Shown: positions 44,081 to 59,956 of the stretch, one piece after another
Layout: the number at the start of each line of letters is the position of its first letter
Numbering within the stretch: position 1 is the first letter of the stretch
From: Eledone cirrhosa
Taxonomy: Eukaryota
Length of the DNA stretch: 64,000 nt
Direction of reading: 5' to 3'
NCBI GenBank assembly: GCA_964016885.1
Contig: OZ024743.1
Location: forward strand, 80,662,001-80,726,000
Notes under the pieces: generated by a model
Seen by the model: only the letters and a program-made list of their open reading frames with translations
The model's database searches: none
What the model was told of the DNA's origin: nothing
Program-made: the position numbers and the translations under genes

Positions 44081-45000
44081 TATAGTTAATTAGGTCACGC
44101 AGGTAATTGAAGCTCCCTTTTCATAACAAGCCACACGAAACTACCCATCCTTCTACAATACAAAAGTGTTTATATTTGTCTAAAACTTTCCATCATAATT
44201 TATATAAGAATCATTGTTTAGTTCCCAACAGAAACTTAACGATGTGAAACTTAGTTATTTAGGAAATCCTTCAAAACTCCTAATTTTCAAAATTATTTGA
44301 GAATTATAGGCTCCGTTTTTTATTGAATAAGTGGTACATCATGATTTTATGGAAGAATATTCAAGTTTCAAACGTCAGCTTAATAATTGTTTCTACTTTA
44401 GGCACAAGGCCAGCAATTACCCAGTGCATTACTGGTACTTTATTTTATCGACCCTGTAAGGATGAAAGGCAAAGTCAACCTCGGAGCTTAATAATGAAGT
44501 TAGATTCCTAAATTACTAAAATTCATGAATTGTTTTCAAAATTATTTGAAAAAACATGAGCAAGGTTTCATGAGAAATATAATTAAAGCTTTAAAAACCT
44601 ACTCAGGAGACCCCATTGCGCATTTGAAATAATATCTTTCATGGGTGCTTAAAATGAGTAATCTTTCATATATCTACTGTGAACGAAGGTCAGCGTTGAA
44701 CTAAAGGCGAACAACCTATATGGGCATATTATGCGGAATTAGCACATAATGTGTTCTTACACACATAAAAGACAGAATTAGACTCAGACACGTACACATA
44801 ACTTAGTAGTGGTTACACTCACATACACACAGACAGTGACACACACACATTCTTACATGGGTGGAGAATGGGGGATCCGCGTATGATTTGACAAAATAAG
44901 TGGGTGAGAACGGTTTGTTTGGCAGAAGTCGTGGGTTCAGGTTAGTGTTAGAGTATTTCTTGAAGGTGAATAGACATAGAGCAATAACGGTCTTATTTAC

Positions 45001-45063
<63 letters not shown>

Positions 45064-45261
45064 TATCGTAAAACAGACTGTCAGCTTCTCTCCCTTCTTT
45101 CGCCGAAGAGATGTGAGTGACATAGTCACTACTTTAAAACTGATAGCGCAAGGTCTTCTAAATGTTTTTAATTAAACATACAGTATATTGCCAAATATGC
45201 TATACATACATTCATGTATACATCGCTATTTCAGAGCACCAATCCTAATACCATATATATG

Positions 45262-45326
<65 letters not shown>

Positions 45327-45525
45327 ATGTATGTATATATGCATGCATGTATGTAAGTATGTATGTATATAGGCATGAGTGCAAGTATGGAAGCATGTAT
45401 GTATACATAAATGGATGTACATTATTACGGCCAAGTGATGAGATTACTTACTCCGGAGTTCTACACAAATCCTCATCAATGGAGACTCAATATTTAGAGG
45501 TAAGGAAGATTTATTAAGGAGAACA

Positions 45526-46950
45526 CCAGAACTGAGAGCTCCATTGCAGGCCCGCCCCAGAACTGAGAGCTCCATTGCAGGCCCACCTGAGTACTGAGAG
45601 CTCCATTGCAGGCCCACCTGAGTACTGAGAGCTCCATTGCAGGCCCGCCCCAGAACTGAGAGCTCCATTGCAGGCCCGCCCCAGAACTGAGAGCTCCATT
45701 GCAGGCCAGCCCCAGAACTGAGAGCTCCATTGCAGGCCAGCCCCAGAACTGAGAGCTCCATTGCAGGCCCGCCCCAGAACTGAGAGCTCCATTGCAGGCC
45801 CACCTGAGTACTGAGAGCTCCATTGCAGGCCCGCCCCAGAACTGAGAGCTCCATTGCAGGCCCACCTGAGTACTGAGAGCTCCGTTGCAGGCCCGCCCCA
45901 GAACTGAGAGCTCCATTGCAGGCCCACCTGAGTACTGAGAGCTCCATTGCAGGCCCGCCCCAGAACTGAGAGCTCCATTGCAGGCCCACCTGAGTACTGA
46001 GAGCTCCGTTGCAGGCCCGCCCCAGAACTGAGAGCTCCATTGCAGGCCCACCTGAGTACTGAGAGCTCCATTGCAGGCCCGCCCCAGAACTGAGAGCTCC
46101 ATTGCAGGCCCACCTGAGTACTGAGAGCTCCGTTGCAGGCCCGCCCCAGAACTGAGAGCTCCATTGCAGGCCCACCTGAGTACTGAGAGCTCCATTGCAG
46201 GCCCGCCCCAGAACTGAGAGCTCCGTTGCAGGCCTGCCCCAGAAATGAGAGCTCCATTGCAGGCCCACCTGAGTACTGAGAGCTCCATTGCAGGCCCGCC
46301 CCAGAACTGAGAGCTCCATTGCAGGCCAGCCCCAGAACTGAGAGCTCCGTTGCAGGCCCGCCCCAGAACTGAGAGCTCCATTGCAGGCCCACCTGAGTAC
46401 TGAGAGCTCCATTGCAGGCCCGCCTGAGTACTGAGAGCTCCATTGCAGGCCCGCCCCAGAACTGAGAGCTCCATTGCAGGCCCACCTGAGTACTGAGAGC
46501 TCCATTGCAGGCCCGCCTGAGTACTGAGAGCTCCATTGCAGGCCCGCCCCAGAACTGAGAGCTCCATTGCAGGCCCGCCCCAGAACTGAGAGCTCCATTG
46601 CAGGCCCACCTGAGTACTGAGTGCTCCATTGCAGGCCCGCCCCAGAACTGAGAGCTCCATTGCAGGCCCACCTGAGTACTGAGTGCTCCATTGCAGGCCC
46701 GCCCCAGAACTGAGAGCTCCATTGCAGGCCCACCTGAGTACTGAGAGCTCCATTGCAGGCCCGCCCCAGAACTGAGAGCTCCATTGCAGGCCAGCCCCAG
46801 AACTGAGAGCTCCATTGCAGGCCCACCTGAGTACTGAGAGCTCCATTGCAGGCCCACCTGAGTACTGAGTGCTCCATTGCAGGCCCGCCCCAGAACTGAG
46901 AGCTCCATTGCAGGCCCACCTGAGTACTGAGTGCTCCATTGCAGGCCCAC
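45526..46950. repeat. GC-rich 31-bp minisatellite, ~46 copies with two main variants
   Basis: ACTGAGAGCTCCATTGCAGGCCC followed by GCCCCAGA or ACCTGAGT. Confidence 0.97.
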
Positions 46951-47289
46951 AATAGTCACACAGATACACACACACACACACACATATATATAATCGTTTC
47001 TACTTTTGGCACAAGGACAGCAATTACTCCAGTGCATTACTGGTACTTCATTTCATCGACCCAGTAGGGATAAAAGGCAAAGCTAACCCCAGCGGGTTTT
47101 GAACTCAGAATGTAAAGGGCCATAACTCTATGTTGCAAAGCATGGCGTCTGGCGCTCTGCCGACACTGGTATATTATATTTTAAGCAGATGCACGTATAT
47201 ATATTTAATATAAATTCATATATGACACATAATATATGAATACATGTATTTATATAGGTATATATATATATGTATATATATATATGCAA

Positions 47290-47359
<70 letters not shown>

Positions 47360-47507
47360 GTATATGCATATATATATATATATATGTATATGCATATATA
47401 TGTATATATATCATCATCATCATCATCGTTTAACGTCCATCTTCCACGCTAGCATGGGTTTGGATATATATATATGTATATGCATATATGTATATATATG
47501 TCTATAC

Positions 47508-47544
<37 letters not shown>

Positions 47545-47559
47545 GTGTATATATATATG

Positions 47560-47621
<62 letters not shown>

Positions 47622-47718
47622 TACATATGCAGAATGTATATATATATGCATGCGTGTGTGTGTATAAGTCATTAACTTACTCTTTATCAATCCAAAAATT
47701 GAAACACGAAGAAATATA

Positions 47719-47792
<74 letters not shown>

Positions 47793-47872
47793 CACACACA
47801 CATATATAAACTCATATATGTATATATATATTAATTACGCTGGAAAAAAAATCGATATTACTAACTGTATTG

Positions 47873-47921
<49 letters not shown>

Positions 47922-47975
47922 GTGTATATATATATATTACACACACATATATATATATATACATATACATATATA

Positions 47976-48075
<100 letters not shown>

Positions 48076-48451
48076 TATATATATATACACACATATATAT
48101 ATATACACACATATATATATATACATACATATGTGCATGCATATATATGGAGATTCTAATCATATATTTTCGTTCATATAAAGTACTTTAGTAATAAAAA
48201 AATGTAGGGAGTATTTAGAGGTTGTTCAATATATTGCGTTCTCCAAATCTATTACTTAGAATTAAGGGACGGTGTCAGAGTCTAACTAGATTAACTCGGA
48301 TGCACGCAATATAAGTATATTTCAGAAAGTTCCATTCTTTTTTTCTGGGGGGTGGAGGGATGTTCAGTCTTTATATATTATATGGACAAAACAAAAACAG
48401 GTAAGCACACACACACATACATGTTTGGGAAGCTCACGACGTATGATATAT

Positions 48452-48535
<84 letters not shown>

Positions 48536-48661
48536 ACATATATATATATATGTATATATATGTGTGTGTGTGTGCGCGTGTGTTTGTGTGTGTGTGTGTG
48601 TGTGTAGTTTTATACACGTCTGTGTGTGTCTGTACGTATATACATGTATGTTCTATGTATG

Positions 48662-48695
<34 letters not shown>

Positions 48696-48739
48696 TGTGT
48701 GTATATATGTGGGATACATATATATATATATATATGGTG

Positions 48740-48813
<74 letters not shown>

Positions 48814-49020
48814 CACCATATATATAAATATATATGATTATACAATTATTGGAAATAACAAGAAAAGCCAGGATCATTCCCAGCTCAGTACTCAATATGT
48901 GAGAAAGTAGAGTGTATATATTTATATGGATATAAAATATATACAATATATATATTTATTAACGTTTGTAATATTATCTAAACTATGATATTAATAATTC
49001 AACAACTTGAACTATCGACG

Positions 49021-49070
49021 TTTTCCTGATGATTTCCTTCCAATGAAACAGTTCTAGTCCTGTAGTTGTC
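49021..49070 (+). ncRNA. Hammerhead motif, family E (other copies 39346-39389, 61378-61417, 61476-61516 minus)
   Basis: Consensus of copies: GGCTTC-CTGATGA-T-TTC-NNNN-GAA-T-GAAACAG-TTCTAGTC-CTGTA-GAAGCC. Confidence 0.75.
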
Positions 49071-49154
49071 ATTTCTATATTAAATTTCTTGTATACACAC
49101 TAATAATGTATTGAGTACCTTGGTTCCTGTGGTTACCTCCGATTAAACCCGGGA

Positions 49155-49210
<56 letters not shown>

Positions 49211-49374
49211 GGCATTTTAATATTTCTTAATGGAATTAATGGATATAAATATATATTTGTTATACTTGGGGAGGGTCATATTTGCGTAATATTGCCAGAA
49301 TTAATAACAGAACACACTCACTCATATTTGTATATATATATATAAATGGATGTATGTATGCATATATATGGATG

Positions 49375-49453
<79 letters not shown>

Positions 49454-49460
49454 GTATATA

Positions 49461-49633
49461 TAGGAACAAGTATGACCCCGACGCCAGAGCTCAAGCCGTT
49501 TCGACGGCTATTTCAGTCCAGAAATAGCCGTCGAAACGGCTTGAGCTCTGCCGTCGGGGTCATGCTTGTTCCTATTACCCACTCTACTACTCTAAGTATT
49601 GAGTACTTTGGTGTGTTATAGTCCATCTGGTTC
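49461..49633. mobile_element. Family A foldback element
   Basis: Inverted arms plus tail in (TA)n. Confidence 0.85.
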
Positions 49634-49758
49634 CTTACCACAATTCCTTCGTTATATACTATATATATACATATATACAATATATACATATACATATATA
49701 TACATATATATATGTGTAAAAATATATATATATACTAATTATATATATATATATATAT

Positions 49759-49810
<52 letters not shown>

Positions 49811-49968
49811 AATATGGATGACCATACCGACGTACATTTCGTCAAGAAATCTTTCCCGTCCGTTCCTCATATATACTACTATATCAAGGAGCACCAATTT
49901 CAAATATTTTTTCATTAAAATGTATTGTATTTTTTATTGTTACCGTTCAACATTTCAAAATATGTATG

Positions 49969-50000
<32 letters not shown>

Positions 50001-50081
50001 TATATATATATATAAATAAATATATATATATATATAAATAAATATATATATATATATAAATAAATATATATATATATATAA

Positions 50082-50124
<43 letters not shown>

Positions 50125-50221
50125 CTCTTCCTGTTATATCAAGCGTTAAGCTAATATATCCCTTCCATATACTGTACTGATTGTGTTGTTATTTATGTTT
50201 ACCTTTTACATATATAAATAT

Positions 50222-50287
<66 letters not shown>

Positions 50288-50443
50288 CGAAATATATTAA
50301 TTTCATATGTCTTTAAATTACATAATTATTATATATGCATATATAATTTGCATTCACACGCACATACACATATGTATGTACTTACATAGAGAGAGGGGTG
50401 TGAGAGAGAGAGAGAGAGAGGGAGAGAGAGAGAGAGGGAGGGG

Positions 50444-50476
<33 letters not shown>

Positions 50477-50617
50477 AGAGAGAGAGAGAGAGGGAGAGAG
50501 AGAGACTACGTGTGTCACCGACGTGTGTTCGCAACTCTGAGGAATGTTCTGTAAAGTTCCTATTGTAAAGTGAAAAGTAAATAACATTTGATAGATATCA
50601 TAAGATGGTATAACTGC

Positions 50618-50666
<49 letters not shown>

Positions 50667-50931
50667 TGTATATATATATATATATAATGTGCATACACGC
50701 ATGTATATATGCATTTATATATATGTATGTATATATACGTGTGGGTATTTTGAAATATATATATATACATATTTATATATATATATTCGATTTGTATTTT
50801 TGCACCGCTGTACTTGTTTTGTTTTGTTCAATTGTATATTCAACTATATATATTTATATACACATATATATATATATAATTACACACGGTTACACACGCA
50901 TACATGTATATATAAATGTATATATATATAA

Positions 50932-50997
<66 letters not shown>

Positions 50998-51066
50998 AAA
51001 AAAAGATGAAATCGAAAATGCAACTGGAGTCTTATTTAAAAATATATATATATATTTATTTGGTTC

Positions 51067-51102
51067 CTTTACCGGTTTCGCAGTTCTTCTGCTTTTCAAA
51101 AG
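51067..51102 (-). ncRNA. Minimal hammerhead motif with U3-A8 core
   Basis: CTT-TTGAAAA-GCAG-AAGAA-CTGC-GAAAC-CG-GTA-AAG. Confidence 0.6.
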
Positions 51103-51204
51103 TAGAGTTGAGATGGAGGGTCTGTGGTTTTTCTCACATATATATATAAAGTAATACTAAAACCGAAATCCAGAGATCACTCGATAAAGGTTATTCATAT
51201 ATAT

Positions 51205-51280
<76 letters not shown>

Positions 51281-51409
51281 TCAAAGTTCTTTTTAAATTG
51301 TTGGGATACAACAAGCAAATATTTTTATAACTGATATAAAGCACTCAACAAATATTTGGAGTAAAAATACGATATTAACAAATGGAAACTATATTTATAA
51401 AACCATATT

Positions 51410-51474
51410 TATTTCATTATACATATTTCAAGGACACCAAGTTAAATTATGGTGTGCTGTCATCAGATAAAATA
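51410..51474 (-). ncRNA. Type I hammerhead ribozyme
   Basis: TATTTTAT-CTGATGA-..ACACCA/TGGTGT..-GAAA-TATGTA-TA-ATGAAATA. Confidence 0.8.
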
Positions 51475-51573
51475 TAATATAGAGCAGTTTTATAAATAAA
51501 TATTGACATACCCTTAAAGAATGCAACCATATATATATATATATATATATATATATTCGTAATGTATGTTTGC

Positions 51574-51643
<70 letters not shown>

Positions 51644-52015
51644 GCGATACATTTGTCATGAACATTAAACTTTTCCCGGAACAAAATATCAACATTTCTG
51701 AAACAATAACCTACCTGTCCCCATAGTCACACACATTCACTCAGGTAGCAACACATGTACACAGGTACGACATACAGAAACCCCTGTGTGTAGCCACAGT
51801 TCAGAACGACTTGATTAATGTATATATCTATCTCTATACATACATATATATTTCTCTCTATATATACGCAAACAAGATATTAATACATACATTCAAATAT
51901 TTCTATCTACGCATATCTGTTCTCTCTACTTACTTAAGGACATATAAAAACATACATAGATTATATAGATTATATAAATACATATATATTTATATGTATA
52001 TATACCTATGCATTA

Positions 52016-52104
<89 letters not shown>

Positions 52105-52358
52105 GAATGTGTTTGTCTGTATATAACTATATAAACCTGTAAGAAAACATGCAACATAATTGGAAAAAAATAATTTGATAATCGAATACGATTTAATGAG
52201 TATGAATTCCTCTCTCTCTCTCTCCTCTCTGCCTGTCTCTCTCTCGCTCTCTCTGTCTGTCTCTCGCTCGCGCTCTCTCTATCTCTCTTTCTAGATAGAT
52301 AGATAGATAGATAGAGAGATATATAGAAAAATAAATAAATAGATAAATAGATAGAATT

Positions 52359-52393
<35 letters not shown>

Positions 52394-52411
52394 TATTTCT
52401 TTATTAGCCAC

Positions 52412-52447
<36 letters not shown>

Positions 52448-52731
52448 GACATTGATTGGGACTAGCTATATCACAATTCGCCATAGTATACAATAAGATA
52501 GTAGTGTAGATATATAAGCACGTATCAAACCCTCCGGCTTCAATGTCTTTCTAAAGGTAAGCCTGATCTTAGTCGCAGACCCACGAGGTAAGGTGTGCCT
52601 CGTGTCGTGGGAGAACCCAGGGAAATGTCCAGAATAACAATACACAAATTTATTTGGCATCAATAAATATATTTTATCAATCTCTACCTTGTTGTCGAGT
52701 ACACGATTTCCCTATATATATACATATATAT

Positions 52732-52794
<63 letters not shown>

Positions 52795-52808
52795 TATATA
52801 TAAACATA

Positions 52809-52864
<56 letters not shown>

Positions 52865-52919
52865 CATATATATATAAACATATATATATATATATATATA
52901 TGTACATATATATAAACAT

Positions 52920-52988
<69 letters not shown>

Positions 52989-52995
52989 TATAAAC

Positions 52996-53026
<31 letters not shown>

Positions 53027-53043
53027 CCCACACACATATAAAT

Positions 53044-53119
<76 letters not shown>

Positions 53120-53249
53120 GTGTGTAGGAGGTGAGTTTTATTGTAGTACAATAAAGCAATGCAGATATCGGATAAGAAGCACTCTACAGTTTGTAGGACT
53201 GGAGTATACATAATATATAAGATCAAAAGATGGTTAAATGAATTCCATG

Positions 53250-53320
53250 TATTTTATTATGCGCATTTCAAAAACAAATATCATCATGCAATAACATTTG
53301 TGTTTTCATCAGATAAAATA
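53250..53320 (-). ncRNA. Type I hammerhead ribozyme, family D (element ~53123-53376)
   Basis: Intact CTGATGA / GAAATGCGCATA core with an 8-bp stem I. Confidence 0.88.
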
Positions 53321-53909
53321 GGAGGACATGATATGAAGGTTAAAAACACTTGTGAATAGTGCAGTTTTAAATAACATATATATATATATATATAATTTTA
53401 TATTCATCCCCATCATTTAACGTACGTTTTCTCTGCAGTGGTATGATGGGTCGTCAAAGACTTATTACGTACACGAGTTCCTCTACCAAAAGAACCGAGG
53501 GGTCCCTTACGTACCTGCACCCTGAACTACGTTGAATGTATCACCAACACATATCTATGTATATAGTATTTAACGATCTTGATGATGGCGACTATATATA
53601 AACTCTAAAATATCGAACACATTGGCGTGCAAATACATATACAAGCACACACAAGCATACATACATACATAATACACACACATATATATATATATATATA
53701 CATATATATATAGTTAATACATTAACAGAGAAAGCTAAAAGCGATACTCCGACCAATTTCCAACTCACTCAACAAACATGAGGAAATACCTGATTTTATT
53801 CCCAATTATACGTTTGGGGTGCTGACTATATTGTATTGTGTGGATAATCGGGTGTATTATTTTATACATATATATATACATATATATATATACATACATT
53901 ATATACATA

Positions 53910-53941
<32 letters not shown>

Positions 53942-53993
53942 CATATACAAATATATACATACATATATATATATATATACATACATATATATA

Positions 53994-54169
53994 TAGGAAC
54001 AAGTAAGACCCCGACGGCTGAGCTCAAGCCGTTTCGACTGAATTAGCCGTCGAAACGGCTTGAGCTCAGCCGTCGGGGTCTTACTTGTTCCTATTACCCA
54101 CTCTACTACCCTAAGTATTGAGTACTTTGGTGCGTTATGGTCCACCTGGTTCCTTACCACTTTTCCTTC

Positions 54170-54172
<3 letters not shown>
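53994..54172. mobile_element. Family A foldback element (another, deleted copy at 54550-54683)
   Basis: Inverted arms plus tail in (TA)n. Confidence 0.85.
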
Positions 54173-54201
<29 letters not shown>

Positions 54202-54247
54202 TACGGAATACTGTTGGCTTCTTGCTACAATAATTTCTATACTTTTC

Positions 54248-54278
<31 letters not shown>

Positions 54279-54483
54279 CTCATGATATATATATATATAA
54301 TACAGACACACACTTGTATAGATAATATATATACATACTATGAACAAAAATGTATGTTATATGAAATAAAAATATTTAAATAATACACACACACACATAT
54401 ATATACATGTTTCTATATATAATGTATATATATATATATAAATATATATATGTATACATACACACACATATATATATATATAT

Positions 54484-54550
<67 letters not shown>

Positions 54551-54681
54551 ACGAAGGAAGTGTGGTAAGGAACCAGGTGGATCATAACGCACCAGTGTAC
54601 TCATTACATAGGGTAGTAGTGTGGGTAATAGGAAAATGTTTAACCCCGACGGCAGAGCTCAAGCCAACGGCTTAATTTTCC

Positions 54682-54716
<35 letters not shown>

Positions 54717-54926
54717 ATGAGTGTGTGTGTTTACTAATGACTGTGTGTTTGTGTCTGTATTTATATAGTCTATATATATACATGTGTATAAGCTGAACTG
54801 GCAGATGAATCACACGCTGTACATTACGAACCAAATACGGTGGAGCTGTGACAATAACAAGCGTTTCTGGGATATGTCTCAATATGTTTATTTAAATTTC
54901 TCAATATATATATATATATATATATA

Positions 54927-55001
<75 letters not shown>

Positions 55002-55003
55002 GT

Positions 55004-55050
<47 letters not shown>

Positions 55051-55216
55051 TATATCTAGTAATACAAATAGACGTGAAACGGCAGCGTCTATTTTAAAAA
55101 TATATGTATCTATCGTGCACACAAAACCTCACGTACATGTTTATATATTATATATATACATACGCACACACACGCATACATACATACATACATACATACA
55201 TACATACATACATACA

Positions 55217-55252
<36 letters not shown>

Positions 55253-55650
55253 TATACATTAATTTTGCGAGGTTTTTTTATATGAAATCGTGTGTCGAAA
55301 CAAATATTGTTATAGTTGGGGAGGGTCATATTGTTGTAATAATATTGCCAGAATTAATAACAGAACACACTCACTGTAATAATAATAATTGTGAAGATTA
55401 AAATCCGAAGAGGGCTGGATAGAGATAATATATAAAATATATAAATCCGCAGAGCTAATATTTATTTGGTTATACTTTAATCTGATATATATATATATAT
55501 ATATATATAACAGACACAAGTATTTGTTTCTGAATTTGTGGACTGTAATAAATTACTCCTTTATATATATATATATATATATATATTATCGAGCCCTCTT
55601 TGGATTTTAGTTTTCAATTTTATTATTATTACTATTATTATTACTATTAT

Positions 55651-55701
<51 letters not shown>

Positions 55702-55744
55702 TATATAAATGTTCACGGGTGTGTACGATAGTGTATAGAAGATT

Positions 55745-56124
55745 ATATTAATAAAAGGAATTCCAACTTTGTGTGATTTACTCGTTTTATTTACAATCCT
55801 TTAAAATTATAATGATTTTATAATGAAATAGTATGGTAGAATATTAAATGTTAAGTGTTAATTGAACAAGTACTTTCATGCTTTCGCAATCTTCCGGTTC
55901 ATATTCTGTGGTGACAGTCAAGTTTGCAATTTTCAACTGTTGAAAATTGCAAACTTGACTGTCACCACACATTATGAACCTGAAGATTGCGAAAGCATGA
56001 AAGTACTTGTTCAATTTACACTTAACATTTAATATTCTACCATACTATTTCATTATAAAATCATTATAATTTTAAAGGATTGTAAATAAAACGAGTAAAT
56101 CACACAAAGTTGGAATTCCTTTTA

Positions 56125-56130
<6 letters not shown>
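55745..56130. mobile_element. Foldback element with ~190 bp arms, one HHR per arm
   Basis: Palindrome centred at ~55938. Confidence 0.9.
55975..56013 (+). ncRNA. Minimal type I hammerhead ribozyme
   Basis: TGAAC-CTGAAGA-T-TGC-GAAA-GCA-T-GAAA-GTAC-TT-GTTCA. Confidence 0.88.
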
Positions 56131-56170
<40 letters not shown>

Positions 56171-58023
56171 GGGAGTGTAACTCGGAGTTACTGGAGGTTC
56201 ACCCGGGCGAGCACTCGATATTTAGGTTCACTTCTGTGTCGAGGTGTAGAGTTATACTGAGTTTTTATATTGAAAAATGAGGGTATTATTTTTTCAATAT
56301 ATATATATATATATATACACATATATATATACATATATATATACACACAAATAAAATAATTATTATGAAAAAACGATTTATCTAGCATCAGCATCTTTCT
56401 TAATTTTCTTATATATATATAGATATATTTTCTTCTTATATATATACACCTCTTTCCTGTTTTATCAAGCGATACACTAATATATTTCTTGAATATACCA
56501 TGCCGTTTGCTTTGCTATTACACACACAAACGTGTGTGTGTGTGTGTTTCTCTCTCTCTCTCTCTCTCTGTGTCCGTGTGTCTGTGTCTGTGTGTGTTGG
56601 TATTATCTAGATCAAATCATTACCTATGTGCGATATAATACAATTATATTGTTTTAAATATTTATCACAATATATACATATTGATATCTTCCTTATATTT
56701 TGCTTTTGTGTAAAAGTTTAAATTACACCTTCTAATTCCATTTCATGCTCCTATTTTTATCGAAGTTTATTTTGAAATTAATTATAAAAGGGAAGGTCAA
56801 AATTTACAAACATTATTATTTACATTTTTACCATTGTAGTAACTGATTGCGATCGTCTTATAATTTTGGATTGGATGATTTTAAACAGAAACACTGCATC
56901 TTGATAATTTAAGCGATTTCTGTGGTTTACTAAAACTATTATTGCAATACTGAGATGGAATCATATAAAATCATTATGTAAAAATATATTGTATGATTTT
57001 AATTTAAATAGGACCCTTTAAAAATAGACGGATTTCATGCTAAATGTGTTTGACTGACGAAACAGACCGAACATTCAAAACCTCAAAACCATCGTCAATA
57101 ATATATTTAATGGCATAATGCATTTAATGGCATACTGTATTTAATGGCATAATATATTTAATGGCATACATACTCTGAGTATTTCTTTATTGTTTGATTG
57201 GCATGACTAGAGGTAAGAAACTTTCAGGAGAGCTGGACAACAGAAGGCCTTCAGAGAAGTAACTCCTCGAAAGCGAGTGTTTCGGCCCTTAATTTTAAGG
57301 GGACCGGTCTGCAACCACGTCATGACTACTGTGGCCCCTTGTGGTCATTAGTGATTCCTCCCAATTTGTTGCCTCAAAATAAGTCAATGTATATTTTTAT
57401 ATGAAATATAAAACATATTTTCGAAGGTGAAATTTCGTGCTATTTAATGAATTTTAATTCCAATTCCCAGCTCTTGTAAGGTCTACACCCTGTAAGAAGT
57501 TTGACATTATCTTGATTGATATTATTTATTATCGATATTACATTGGAAGATAAGAAGAAAATATTACAGTATATGTTCAGCCAATTACAGATAAATAAAC
57601 TTTGAAAGTATTCAATAATGAAAACAATATTAAACAGAAGTATATGATAATAGTTTCTATTTTGGGCACAAGGCCAGCAATTATTCCAGTGTATTACATG
57701 TACTTTATTTTATCGACCCCGTGAGGATGAAAGGCAAAGTTAACCTCGGCGGGGTATATGATAAAGAAAGAATTATGTTTTCAATTTCATCAAGACCATC
57801 TTAAACACCTTTTAAAAGGTAACTTTGATAAATTAAAATAAATAACTATTCTTAATTACGAAGGTTATGAGGTAATAATCAAGAGAGGGATCCTTAATTA
57901 TAATCATGTTTATTACGTTTATGTAGGGTTATATAAAATACACACATACGCATATACATACATATATATATCTATATCTATATATCTATTATATATATGT
58001 ATGTGTGTATATACGTATGTGTG

Positions 58024-58071
<48 letters not shown>

Positions 58072-58140
58072 TAAAATAACGGATTAAAGTTTAAGCAAAT
58101 AATTTTATTCTTCGCATTTTAGTCTTCACATTTATTATTA

Positions 58141-58209
<69 letters not shown>

Positions 58210-58343
58210 GTCAATACTCATCTTTTTCCATTTCTCTGAGGGTTCTAAACCCCCACTATCAGGCTAAAAATGTCTTTAGTCAAAAATACGGTGAAAGCTT
58301 ATATTTCTAATTTCAAACTCGCTCACTGTTTCAAAACATACTT

Positions 58344-58395
<52 letters not shown>

Positions 58396-58492
58396 GTGTG
58401 CATGTATGTATATATATTTCTCTGTATACATTTCATTCTCTCTCTTTATATATATACACATAAGTATGTGACCATGTATGGATATATATATG

Positions 58493-58709
<217 letters not shown>

Positions 58710-59097
58710 TCATCATCATCATCATCATTTCATTTTACGTCCGCTTTTTCCCTGCTTGGGAATATATATATATGCGTAAATATGTGTGCACGTATGTATA
58801 TGTTGGTATACACACACACAACGTATACATATATATACATATATATAGATATATATACATATACATATATATATAGATATATATATATTATATGTATATA
58901 TACGTAATACATATTACGACACTGGATGTCAAAATATATTCAGCTTAGTTTGCAACCATATATTCAATGCAAGAGAATGAAAGAATTACGATGTGTGTAT
59001 AGAATTGGAGAATATAGGATTATAGAATATAGAATTGAAGAATATAGGAATGATTTAAAAACAAAGTGCAAACAATGAAAAATGCATTGAAAATCTG

Positions 59098-59135
<38 letters not shown>

Positions 59136-59220
59136 CTATTTTCCTGTGAATATTATAAATGAATAAATTCTTACCTCGCTTTTATCTTTACATATATATT
59201 TACTTTTTACACACACACAA

Positions 59221-59268
<48 letters not shown>

Positions 59269-59422
59269 CCCAATACGGTGTGTAGAATACGAAGGTTATC
59301 AAACATGGTGTATAGAAAGAGAAGGGACAATCGGTATATTTTAAAATACACAAGCGCATTTTCTGAATAGCATATTATACACGTTATATAGTATTATAGT
59401 ATCCTCTGTAGCATCGTATAGA

Positions 59423-59479
<57 letters not shown>

Positions 59480-59564
59480 ATAAATAAAACATTATATATA
59501 TATTCATATACACGCATGTTTATATATATATATATATGTTGTAAATGTATATATATTTATATGA

Positions 59565-59622
59565 GATGGATAAGGAACCGGCCTCATGTGCCGAGGATTG
59601 CTGGTTCGTCTCCCGTCGTACG
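59565..59622 (+). pseudogene. tRNA-Arg-like remnant (tRNA pseudogene or SINE head)
   Basis: TGGATAAGG..CGGC-CTCATGT-GCCG..GATTG..GGTTCG..CCC resembles metazoan tRNA-Arg(CCT); the acceptor stem is missing. Confidence 0.5.
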
Positions 59623-59650
59623 AAATTATATATTCATATATGCATACATG

Positions 59651-59687
<37 letters not shown>

Positions 59688-59838
59688 TTACATATATATA
59701 TATTTACATATTTATATATATATACACATTTATACATAAATCTGTGTATATATACGTATATTTGAACAAATAAAACAAACCAAACACAGGGATACAAAAA
59801 TACAAAATCTTATTAAATTCAATCTTAAAGGAAGTGAA

Positions 59839-59956
<118 letters not shown>

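Noticed and set aside
45444-47037. Three ~500-aa ORFs and a CRISPR-like appearance
   Set aside because: The ORFs arise from a stop-free 31-bp tandem unit. The variable parts are 8 bp and recurrent rather than unique spacers, and there are no cas genes.
52540-52640. GC-richer island with hairpin CACGAGG/CCTCGTG as a ribozyme
   Set aside because: No complete hammerhead or HDV-like core could be assigned.
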